A stretch of DNA of 54,880 nucleotides, the filler included, from Basidiobolus ranarum (lineage: Eukaryota), in assembly GCA_040143965.1 (NCBI GenBank). It is 2 parts of 2 records of this genome, joined end to end, with 100 filler letters (N's around TTAATTAATTAA, not from the genome) between each part and the next. Parts side by side here need not be neighbours in the genome. Positions count along the whole stretch, not along the records: positions 27,544 to 54,880 come from JASJQH010000123.1; 1 more part is not named here. One strand, given 5' to 3'. The number at the start of each line of letters is the position of its first letter. The stretch's first letter is position 1. The notes under the pieces are model-generated. The model saw only the letters and a program-made list of their open reading frames with translations. It ran no database searches and had not been told where the DNA came from. This document shows, in pieces, positions 46,671 to 54,880 of the stretch. The position numbers were made by a program, and so were the translations under genes.

Positions 46671-48734
46671 ATGCCACAACCCTACCTATCGTCAGAGATA
46701 ATTACGCTTATCATAAAATATCTTGCATATGAAACACATACTCTCTACTCCTTGCTGACGGTTAATAAGTTATGTTTTGATTTAGCTACACCTTTTCTGT
46801 ATAGGAACCCTTTCCGTCCATGCTTCTGCTGCGATCGTTCAAGCTCTAGGATGGGCGGCGTTATGTATCTTCTCTTGGCTTCATCGAACCTTTTGCTAGA
46901 GTCGGTGAAGTCTCCCAGAAAAGAGCACCTGCCCTTAACAAAATGGGAGCCTCCGACTGCCCCGTTTACAGTAAACTATCTTGATTACTACACAGAGATT
47001 AATTACTCTGACTGGGAAAGTATTTCCTGTCACCCGTATTTTGACATGCACGCCAGAAGTTACACTAGCCATGGGCTTGGGTTGATCCACTTCCTCAACC
47101 TCTTACTTTTGAAGTATCAGACAGAGAAAATCGAGAGTATTTGTTTGCCAATTTTGGATATGAAACCGTACTTGCCGTTAGCTGCCAGATTATCTTCCCT
47201 GCGAAGAATAGAATTTTGTAGGTATAGTGCTGATATATTTAGTTGCGCCAACGACCAAAATATCGTGACTATAAAGGATGCAATTGAGTTTGTCAAGATT
47301 CATGTGGAGACGTTCGGCGATATCTTAACTGAGATAAAGGTTCCAGATTTTTCTAGCTTGGATTATAATGGAATTCCATCAGATATACAAATCTTAGATA
47401 TAATCAATATCCTAAAACAACCTCAAGTGATTGAATTGGGTGACTCTTATAATGTTTGCCAGTATCTACAAGGTCCTTCTACTGATTATCTCCGAGTTTT
47501 TAGTGGACCGTTCAGTTGCGAAAATGGTGAACTACGAGACTGGGATTGGAACCCTGCATCTTTATTTCAGCGTTGTCCCAAATTGGAAAATGTCAGTTTT
47601 AAATCACTACAGTCAAATAGTTTCAAATGGGCGGTGGAGAGGCGTTATTTATGTATCAACTCCGGCACCGTATCAGATAGTAAACTGCCACCTCTTCAAT
47701 ATGTTAATGTAAAATGCCAGCATTGTGCTGCTCTTCCCATGGTACAGGATATACTTTATGCCTTCAGGAATACTGTCAAGAGTATTGTTGCGATAGAAAC
47801 CGAATTCTCCGGGCTCAATCCTGAGCCTCTGTGCTGGGATTGGTTGTTACCTAACCTTGTTCAGATCCATATCAGTGGAGCAGACTTATCTTTGTTTGAG
47901 ATTGAAGCACTTAACCTGTGCTCATCTTTGGAAGATCTTAACCTAACTGATAAATACGTCTATCGTAGTAGTAGTACTGTAACTGAATGTAGCCCGGTAC
48001 TTAAACTTCCCAAACTTCGAAAAATTCAATTAATGTGCACAACATGTTACAAATTCAACTTTGACTCTCTCAAATACTCACCATTACTGGAATCACTCAT
48101 ACTTTTTGAAATGAATTCCGCTCTTCCGATACGGCCATCTTGCTTGTCATGGACCTGGGATTGGCGTTTGCCGCACTTAAAAGTGTTGGATTTAACCGGA
48201 GAACCAGCTATCCTCTTTCAATTTCGTTTGTTAGACTCATGCCCACCACTGCAACGGCTCAGACTAGAAACTGGTGGATACTGCAGGGAATTGTCCTTGG
48301 AAGAAATACTGTCAACAGATACTTATTTACGTTCTGAATCTGTGAACCGAGTTGCATCTAGATGCGTATTCAGTCGAGACCCAGAGTTTTTTCTCTGCGG
48401 TAAGTGGAAACTCTCGGAGAAGACGTTATCTGCTTTATTGCTACGATACATGCCACATGTCAAGACAATGAAATTTGCTGATATTGAAGGATTGACCGTT
48501 TCAGATGTTATAAGAATCACTCAACAGTTGAGTCATGCCAAATTCGTATCATTTTATATACTCTTGAATGATGCTGACATTAAACAACTTGGAATGGAGT
48601 TGATCTCTTGGAATAATCGTGACTGCAGGCTCTGTATTGGCTCCATAGAGTATACCATGGGTTATAAACCAAAGGAAGGAACATATGCCTTTAAATATCG
48701 AAACCGCTTCGCCAGAGTAATGCCTCAGAGATAA
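46671..48734 (+). CDS. F-box-like + LRR/RNI-like protein, copy 7 (687 aa)
   Basis: Intact ORF from MPQPYLSSEII; pairs with copy 9 and pseudogene copy 8. Confidence 0.88.
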   Translation: MPQPYLSSEIITLIIKYLAYETHTLYSLLTVNKLCFDLATPFLYRNPFRPCFCCDRSSSRMGGVMYLLLASSNLLLESVKSPRKEHLPLTKWEPPTAPFTVNYLDYYTEINYSDWESISCHPYFDMHARSYTSHGLGLIHFLNLLLLKYQTEKIESICLPILDMKPYLPLAARLSSLRRIEFCRYSADIFSCANDQNIVTIKDAIEFVKIHVETFGDILTEIKVPDFSSLDYNGIPSDIQILDIINILKQPQVIELGDSYNVCQYLQGPSTDYLRVFSGPFSCENGELRDWDWNPASLFQRCPKLENVSFKSLQSNSFKWAVERRYLCINSGTVSDSKLPPLQYVNVKCQHCAALPMVQDILYAFRNTVKSIVAIETEFSGLNPEPLCWDWLLPNLVQIHISGADLSLFEIEALNLCSSLEDLNLTDKYVYRSSSTVTECSPVLKLPKLRKIQLMCTTCYKFNFDSLKYSPLLESLILFEMNSALPIRPSCLSWTWDWRLPHLKVLDLTGEPAILFQFRLLDSCPPLQRLRLETGGYCRELSLEEILSTDTYLRSESVNRVASRCVFSRDPEFFLCGKWKLSEKTLSALLLRYMPHVKTMKFADIEGLTVSDVIRITQQLSHAKFVSFYILLNDADIKQLGMELISWNNRDCRLCIGSIEYTMGYKPKEGTYAFKYRNRFARVMPQR

Positions 48735-48949
48735 ATTCGTTTAAAGGAAACATATCAATACCGTTAAGCAATTATTATGGAATGATTTTATAAACTGAGA
48801 TCAATTTCTCTGGATGGGCAGATAGAATTGTTTTCTTACGTAAGGGACCAGACAATTGAACTATGAGTACATTTGTAGCTGATTGAAAAATCTGCTTACC
48901 ATTTGGCATTCACTAACCATTTAGTCTAGTAGTGATTCTTGGTAATGGC

Positions 48950-49445
48950 CAAGGTGTGTTTCAACGCAGCTATATCTATCCTGTACAAGAATCCTTTCCG
49001 TTCGTGCCTTTGGGTGAGCACTTCGAAGGCCAGAAAACGAGAGGTTTTGTACCTTCTTTTAGCTTCATCAAACCTTCTACCTGAACTAGCAAGAATCATC
49101 ACATGGTATAGTACATTATTATAGAGAGTGTGATCTAACAGTCTGTATGCTCAGTTGGTTCGGTCATTATGTATATATAAATAGGTTATGTATGATAATT
49201 AGAAAACTAGGAAACAGGTGTATGATATCTTAGATAATGGACTTGAGTTTCAGGATCTAATGTGCTGTAAAACTTCATTGGCTTGTCAAATGACTGTTAC
49301 CATTTTTGCGACACCTTAACTGAAGTAAGGATTCCAAATCTGAAGCATAATGAAGCTTTGTACTCAATAGAAGGTCGGAACTCTCTGGGAAAATATTATT
49401 TCTTCTCTCACAACGATACATGTCTCATGTCGCCGAAATTCATCC
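48950..49445 (+). pseudogene. Collapsed F-box/LRR copy (N-terminal, middle and C-terminal fragments in the original order)
   Basis: KVCFNAAISILYKNPF..VLYLLLASSNLLPEL (48950-49100), DTLTEVRIP (~49309-49340) and a near-identical copy-6 segment GGAACTCTCTGGGAAAA...GAAATTCATC (~49365-49445). Confidence 0.8.
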
Positions 49446-49632
49446 GAATGCGATTGTTAAGCCACCATTACTTAAGTTCCACTTTGAAAATAGTACTGTA
49501 CCACATTGGATACGCTACCAGCCTATTCAAAGAGTAAATAAAAAGAGTTATAGAATTACAATTTTACTTCATTACTTAAGCATTAGAGTTTACTTGACTT
49601 TCATAACGTGTGCAGTAGGTTTCACTTTACGC

Positions 49633-50960
49633 ATGTCACAACCTTACTTATCATCCGAGATTATTACCCTCATCATAACGCATCTTGCATACGAAAAACA
49701 TACACTCTACTCCTTACTCACAGTTAATAAGTTGTGTTTCAATTTAACTGTACCTGTTTTGTATAGGAATCCTTTCCATCCATGCTTTTGCTGTGATCCT
49801 TCAGACTTTAAAATGGGGGAGATTATGTATCTTCTTTTGGCTTCATCGAACCTTTTGCCAGGACCGGTGAAGTCTCCCAGAAAAGAGCACTCGTTTTTTC
49901 CGAAATGGGAGCCTCCAACTGCCCCGTTTACAGTAAATTATCTTGACTACTACAGAGATTAATTACTATGACTGGGAATATATTTATAGGGCACCCGTAT
50001 TTTTGCATGCACTCTAAAAGTGATCCTGGCCATGGGCTCGAATTGATACACTTTCTTAACCTCTTACTTTTGAAGTATCAGGCGGAGAAAATTGGGAGTA
50101 TTTGTTTGCCAATTTTAGATATGAAGCCGTACTTGCCGTTAGCTACCAGATTATCTTCCCTGCCAAGAATAGAATTTTGTAAGTACACTACTGATTTATC
50201 TACTTGCACCAGCGACTCTGCATCTTTATTTCAGCGTTATCCCAAATTGGAAAATGCCAGTTTTAAATCACTACAGTCAAATAGTTTCAAATGGGCGGTG
50301 GAGAGGCGTGATTTATATATCAACTCCGGCACCGTATCAGATAGTAAACCGCCGCCTCTTCAATATGTTGATATATCTTGTCAACATTGCGCGGCTCTTC
50401 CTATTGTACAGGACATCAATAGAATATGTTACAGATTCAACTTTGGCTCTCTTGAATACTCTCCATTGCTAGAGACTATCGACCTTTTAGAAACAGGCAC
50501 CTCCCTTCCGATACGGCCACTTCACGCACCTTGTTGGACATGGACTTGGGACTGGAAGCTACCGCGTTTAAAAAAATTGTCACTGGTTGGAGAATCAGCT
50601 GTACTATTTCAATTCCACTTATTGGATTCATGTCCACTACAGGATTATCTTGGTCTCAACAATGGAAGATATCGTCGTACACTGGCCTTGAATGAGATAC
50701 TCAGAACAGATTTATCTACTGAATACGTGAGCCAAATAGTACCAAGAAATGAAATTAATCATAAGTGTAAATAGTTCTACTTTAGAGGTTTTAAACTCTC
50801 TTGAAAGACGTTATCTATGTCTCAAGCTACGGAAATCTATCTTGTTGAAGTAGCAGGATTAACCCGTACAGACATCAGAAATGCAACACAAAATTTTCCT
50901 CATATTCAATGCGTACGCTCCTCGTTCACTCTGAGAAATGCTCATATTAAACAACATAGT
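49633..50960 (+). pseudogene. F-box/LRR copy 8: frameshifted, with two large internal deletions and a degenerate 3' end
   Basis: TACTACAGAG versus TACTACACAGAG (2-bp loss, ~49955), then a further frame change; deletions at ~50215 and ~50418; stop at 50772-50774 followed by C-terminal remnants. Confidence 0.85.
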
Positions 50961-51511
50961 CAACAAGGTATTTTTGAACGTCTTTTTTGTACAAGACTAT
51001 TTTTCCTTCAGGCAGTTAGCATGACATTTTCGGAGATTCTACACCATGAAACTTCTTCAACCTTGTACCGAAATTGACAAATTCCACCACAGAAGTATTG
51101 GACTGGGACAAACTAGATTCAGGCCTTACAACTGCTCCATTTACAGTGAGGCATCTTTATTCCTCTGAGTGAGCGGCAACGTAAGAAAATATTGTTGAAA
51201 ACCTATATATTCAGTGATTTTGCACGCTAAAATACCTATATGATAGCTCCCACAAAGGTGAGCCTATATTCAAGCTTGCATACTTTTCCAAGCATTTTTC
51301 TGGATTATGCACGTTTATTCAACTGAACTGAAGAGATTTTGACAATTTCACAAAATAGTGTCTAACTTTATCACTTGAATATTTTACATACGATAAAAAG
51401 AATGTCATTTACTCAATTGAATAAAGTGAGGTTAGAAAACAAATCTATTTGGATGTTACAAATAATTTACCATTACACCAAGGACAAATATATGACCAGG
51501 TGAGTGGCAAA

Positions 51512-52186
51512 GAATCTATAATAGCTGATACATATCTAAGCTGATATATATCTTATATACCCCTAGTAGGATTGACTTTCAATTCGTTTTATTGGATTCA
51601 TGTCCACTGCTTAACTGAGAATTAAGTGATTGCTGTTACCCATTAGCATATTGTAAAATCTATTAAATCTCTAAATACATTGGAAATCCTTGGTTTAACC
51701 AATCTGGAATTTAACCCGATTGCCGCCAAGCAATATTAACTAGATTTATGTTCATGCCCAAATCTATCTCACCCTACCCTTAGTAATACCAATGCACAAT
51801 TCATGCTCATATAGTCTCCAAAGCCCCAAGGTTTCTTACTTGTCTAATAAAGAACGAGAAGTACTAAGTACAAAATATATATCGTGCATTGTATAATTCT
51901 AATAACGTATTACTGAGTGACCCTATAAATATGAATTCAAGGATATAACTAGTAATTTCAAACTAACGTTAGCCTTGAACTCGTTTGACCGAATCCGATT
52001 GTTAAGCCTCTGTTACTTGAGTTCCACTTTGAAAGTAGTACTGTACGACATTGGATACACTGCCAGATTATTCAAAGAGTAAATAAAATGACTTACAGAA
52101 TTGAAATTTTACTTTGTTAAGCATCAGAGTTTACTTTCATAACTTCCGCAATAGGATTCACTTTAACAATAGAATTCACTTTAAGC
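51512..52186 (+). repeat. Duplicated upstream region shared with copy 7 (~46070-46670) and partly with copy 8 (~49445-49632)
   Basis: Near-identical blocks, e.g. GCTGATACATATCTAAGCTGATATATATCTTATATA and TTCCACTTTGAAAGTAGTACTGTACGACATTGGATAC. Confidence 0.85.
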
Positions 52187-54250
52187 ATGCCACAACCCTA
52201 CCTATCATCAGAGATAATTACGCTCATCATAAACCATCTAGCATACGAAAAACAAACACTCTACTCCTTGCTCACGGTTAATAAGTTGTGTTTCAAGTTA
52301 ACTGTATCTGTTTTGTATAGGAACCCATTCCGTCCATGCTTTTGGTGTGATGGTTCAGGTTTTAAGAAGGGCGAGGTCATATATCTTCTCTTAGCTTCAT
52401 CGAACCTTTTGCTAGAACCGGTGAAGTCTCCCAGAAAAGAGCACTCGCATTATCTGAAGTGGGAGCCTTCGACTGCCCCGTTTACAGTAAATTATCTTAA
52501 TTACTACACAGAGCTTAATTACTCTGACTGGGAGAGTATTGCCTGCCACCCATATTTTTCTATGCACACTAGAAGTTACTCTAACCTTGAGCTTGGATTG
52601 ATCCATTTCCTTAACCTCATGTTTTTGAAGCACCAGACAGAGAAAATCGAGAGTATTTATTTGCCAATTTTGGATATGAAGCCGTACTTGCCGTTAGCTG
52701 CAAGATTATCTTCCCTGCGAAGAATTGAATTTTGTAGGAATTATGATGATATAGCTACTTACTCCAACGACCAAAATATCGTGACAATAAAGGATGCAAT
52801 TGAGTTTGTCAAGATTCATGTGGAGACGTTCGGTGATACCTTAACTGAGATAAAGATTCCAGATTTTTCTAGCTTGGATTATAATGGAATTCCATCAGAT
52901 ATACAAATCTGGGATCTTATCAAAACCCTAAAACAACCTCAAGTGATTGAATTGGGTGACTCTTATAATGTTTGCCAGTATCTACAAGTCCCTTATACTG
53001 ATCATCTCCGAGTTTTTGATGGACCGTTCAGTTGCGAGAATGGAGAACTACGAGACTGGGATTGGGACTCTGCATCTTTATTTCAACATTGTCCCAAATT
53101 GGAAAATGTTCGTTTTAAACCGTCGCAGTCAAATAGTTTCAAATGGGCAGTGGAGAGGCGTGATTTATACATCAACTCCGGCACCATATCGGATAGTAAA
53201 CTGCCGCCTCTTCAATATGTTAATATATCTTGTCAACATTGCGCGGCTCTTCCTATTGTACAGGACATCATTTATGCTTTCAGGAATACTATCAAGAGCG
53301 TTAGTGCAAGAGATTTCGGATTCTCCGGCCCCAGTCCTGAGCCTCTGTGCTGGGATTGGTTGCTACCTAACCTTGTTAGAATTGAACTTGGTGCAGATCT
53401 TTCATTGTTTGACCTTGAATCACTCAACCTGTGCCCGTCTTTGGAGGAAATCGACTTAAGCAGCTGTGGTGAGGATTGTAATAGTCGCCATGAATATGGC
53501 TCAGTGCTCAGGCTACCAAATCTTCGTAGTATCAAATTGTTCGACAGGATATCTCTTCAATTCAATCTTGACTCTCTCAAATACTCACCGTTGTTAGGAA
53601 GTATCCTGCTTTCTGAAAACGACTCGTCTCTTTCGTTGCCAGCATCCGACTCACCTTGCTGGACATGGACCTGGGACTGGAAGTTACCGCACTTGTATAA
53701 CCTAATACTGAGAGGAAAATTAGCTTTCCATTTTCAATTTCGTTTATTAGACTCATGCCCACCACTGCGGCTACTCGAACTAGATACCAGGAGATACTGC
53801 AGGGAATTGTCCTTGGAAGAAATACTGCCAACAGATACCTATTTACTTTCTGATTCTGTGAACCAAGTATTATCTGAATGCGTATTTAGTGATAACCGAA
53901 GGTTTATTCTACGTGGAAAGTGGAAACTCTCGGAGAAGACGTTGTCTAGTTTATTATTACGATATATGCCCCATATCAAGACAATAAGATTTACTGATAT
54001 TGAAGGATTGACTGCTACTGATGTTATAAGGGTCACTCAAAAACTGAGCCATGCTCAATCCGTATCTTGTAATTTATTCTTGGATTATACTGACATCATA
54101 CGACTTGGAACGAAGTTGACCTCCTGGACTAATCATAACTGTCGTATTTCTATTGGTTCCGTAGAGTATTGTATGGGTTATATACCAAATGAAAAAATGA
54201 ATGTCTCTAAAGAACAGGACTTCTTCATTAGATTAATGGCTCAAAGATAA
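52187..54250 (+). CDS. F-box-like + LRR/RNI-like protein, copy 9 (687 aa)
   Basis: Intact ORF; N-terminal half very similar to copy 7. Confidence 0.88.
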   Translation: MPQPYLSSEIITLIINHLAYEKQTLYSLLTVNKLCFKLTVSVLYRNPFRPCFWCDGSGFKKGEVIYLLLASSNLLLEPVKSPRKEHSHYLKWEPSTAPFTVNYLNYYTELNYSDWESIACHPYFSMHTRSYSNLELGLIHFLNLMFLKHQTEKIESIYLPILDMKPYLPLAARLSSLRRIEFCRNYDDIATYSNDQNIVTIKDAIEFVKIHVETFGDTLTEIKIPDFSSLDYNGIPSDIQIWDLIKTLKQPQVIELGDSYNVCQYLQVPYTDHLRVFDGPFSCENGELRDWDWDSASLFQHCPKLENVRFKPSQSNSFKWAVERRDLYINSGTISDSKLPPLQYVNISCQHCAALPIVQDIIYAFRNTIKSVSARDFGFSGPSPEPLCWDWLLPNLVRIELGADLSLFDLESLNLCPSLEEIDLSSCGEDCNSRHEYGSVLRLPNLRSIKLFDRISLQFNLDSLKYSPLLGSILLSENDSSLSLPASDSPCWTWTWDWKLPHLYNLILRGKLAFHFQFRLLDSCPPLRLLELDTRRYCRELSLEEILPTDTYLLSDSVNQVLSECVFSDNRRFILRGKWKLSEKTLSSLLLRYMPHIKTIRFTDIEGLTATDVIRVTQKLSHAQSVSCNLFLDYTDIIRLGTKLTSWTNHNCRISIGSVEYCMGYIPNEKMNVSKEQDFFIRLMAQR

Positions 54251-54314
54251 ACTCGTTTAATAGTAACTGAAGACACTAAAATACTACACTAAAATTGTAA
54301 CATTCTACCAATCA

Positions 54315-54856
54315 TATCTTTCTACATTACCAGCGGATAATCATCTAACTAAACTGGCAAATGCCTCAAAAGAATTGTTGGGACAGGCCTTGACTGAATC
54401 CCACTGATCCATTTACAGTGAATTATCTAAAATATTACACTGAAATGAATTATTCAGAGTGAGAAGATACTAACAGTGAAAAATACTTGTATGTGGCAAA
54501 GCATTTTAACTTTACAGTTGGCGAAATCATCAATTTCTTATTTTGTGAATATAATGCTCAAGAGTGTGTGTTTGCCAATCCTAAATATGAAGCCTTACTT
54601 GCCATTAGCTCCAAGAATTCCTTATTTACAACGGCTCGAGTATGGTAGGGTAGATAAAGATCAGGCCCTTGCAACCTATGATCAAGATTTCTTAACAATA
54701 CCAGATGGGATTGAGTTTGTCAAAATTCACGTGGAGACCTTCGGCGGCCCCTTAACCGGGATCAAGATTCCAGATCTTAGTGACATGATATGTGATGGAA
54801 ATCAGCTAGACATACAAATCAGGGATATAGTTCAACTCGTGAAACGACCTACTTAA
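54315..54856 (+). pseudogene. Degenerate N-terminal/middle remnant of an F-box/LRR paralog
   Basis: PFTVNYLKYYTEMNYSE*E (TGG>TGA), frameshifts, then LPILNMKPYLPLA...EFVKIHVETFG..LKRP-like sequence ending in a stop; no F-box start. Confidence 0.8.
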
Positions 54857-54880
54857 TAGGCTATGTTGAGAATGCTAGTA

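Noticed and set aside
28805-54036. Recurrent short antisense and alternative-frame ORFs inside the array genes (e.g. ...VILLIVFLKA, ...QIVSNG)
   Set aside because: They recur only because the sense-strand paralogs are homologous; starts and lengths are inconsistent between copies.
28715-54856. Diversity-generating retroelement or recombinase-driven cassette system
   Set aside because: No reverse transcriptase, recombinase or transposase ORF in the window, and no template/variable repeat pair with adenine-specific changes was seen. Variation is explained by duplication, exchange and point mutation.

Overview
AT-rich eukaryotic (fungal) genomic DNA with short (~50-80 nt) spliceosomal introns. 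Gene content suggests an early-diverging fungus (Zoopagomycota/Mucoromycota-like; inference only). The window is two separate sequence blocks joined at 27444-27543 by an artificial 100-nt spacer (44 N + TTAATTAATTAA + 44 N), so adjacency across it cannot be assumed. Left block (1-27443): compact housekeeping neighbourhood with a securin-like gene, an orphan acidic ORF, APC1, MAF1, NC2beta/Dr1, an NmrA-like Rossmann protein, aprataxin, a CreA/Mig1-type C2H2 factor, a Zn2Cys6 factor, an atypical stand-alone RasGEF domain, EXO1, a mitochondrial NSUN3/4-like m5C methyltransferase and a 5'-truncated MKT1. Right block (27544-54880): an acidic low-complexity ORF, then a ~26-kb head-to-tail array of one gene family with intron-less CDSs (N-terminal F-box-like motif plus LRR/RNI-like body). 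The array has 7 intact ~660-690 aa copies, 1 copy lacking the F-box but with an intact 3' ORF, and at least 5 degenerate, collapsed or chimeric remnants. It shows hypervariable exposed LRR positions, mosaic paralogs, a microsatellite-associated variable loop and a 36-bp micro-inversion between paralogous upstream regions. It is the best candidate for an undescribed system: a rapidly diversifying, immune-like SCF substrate-receptor repertoire.
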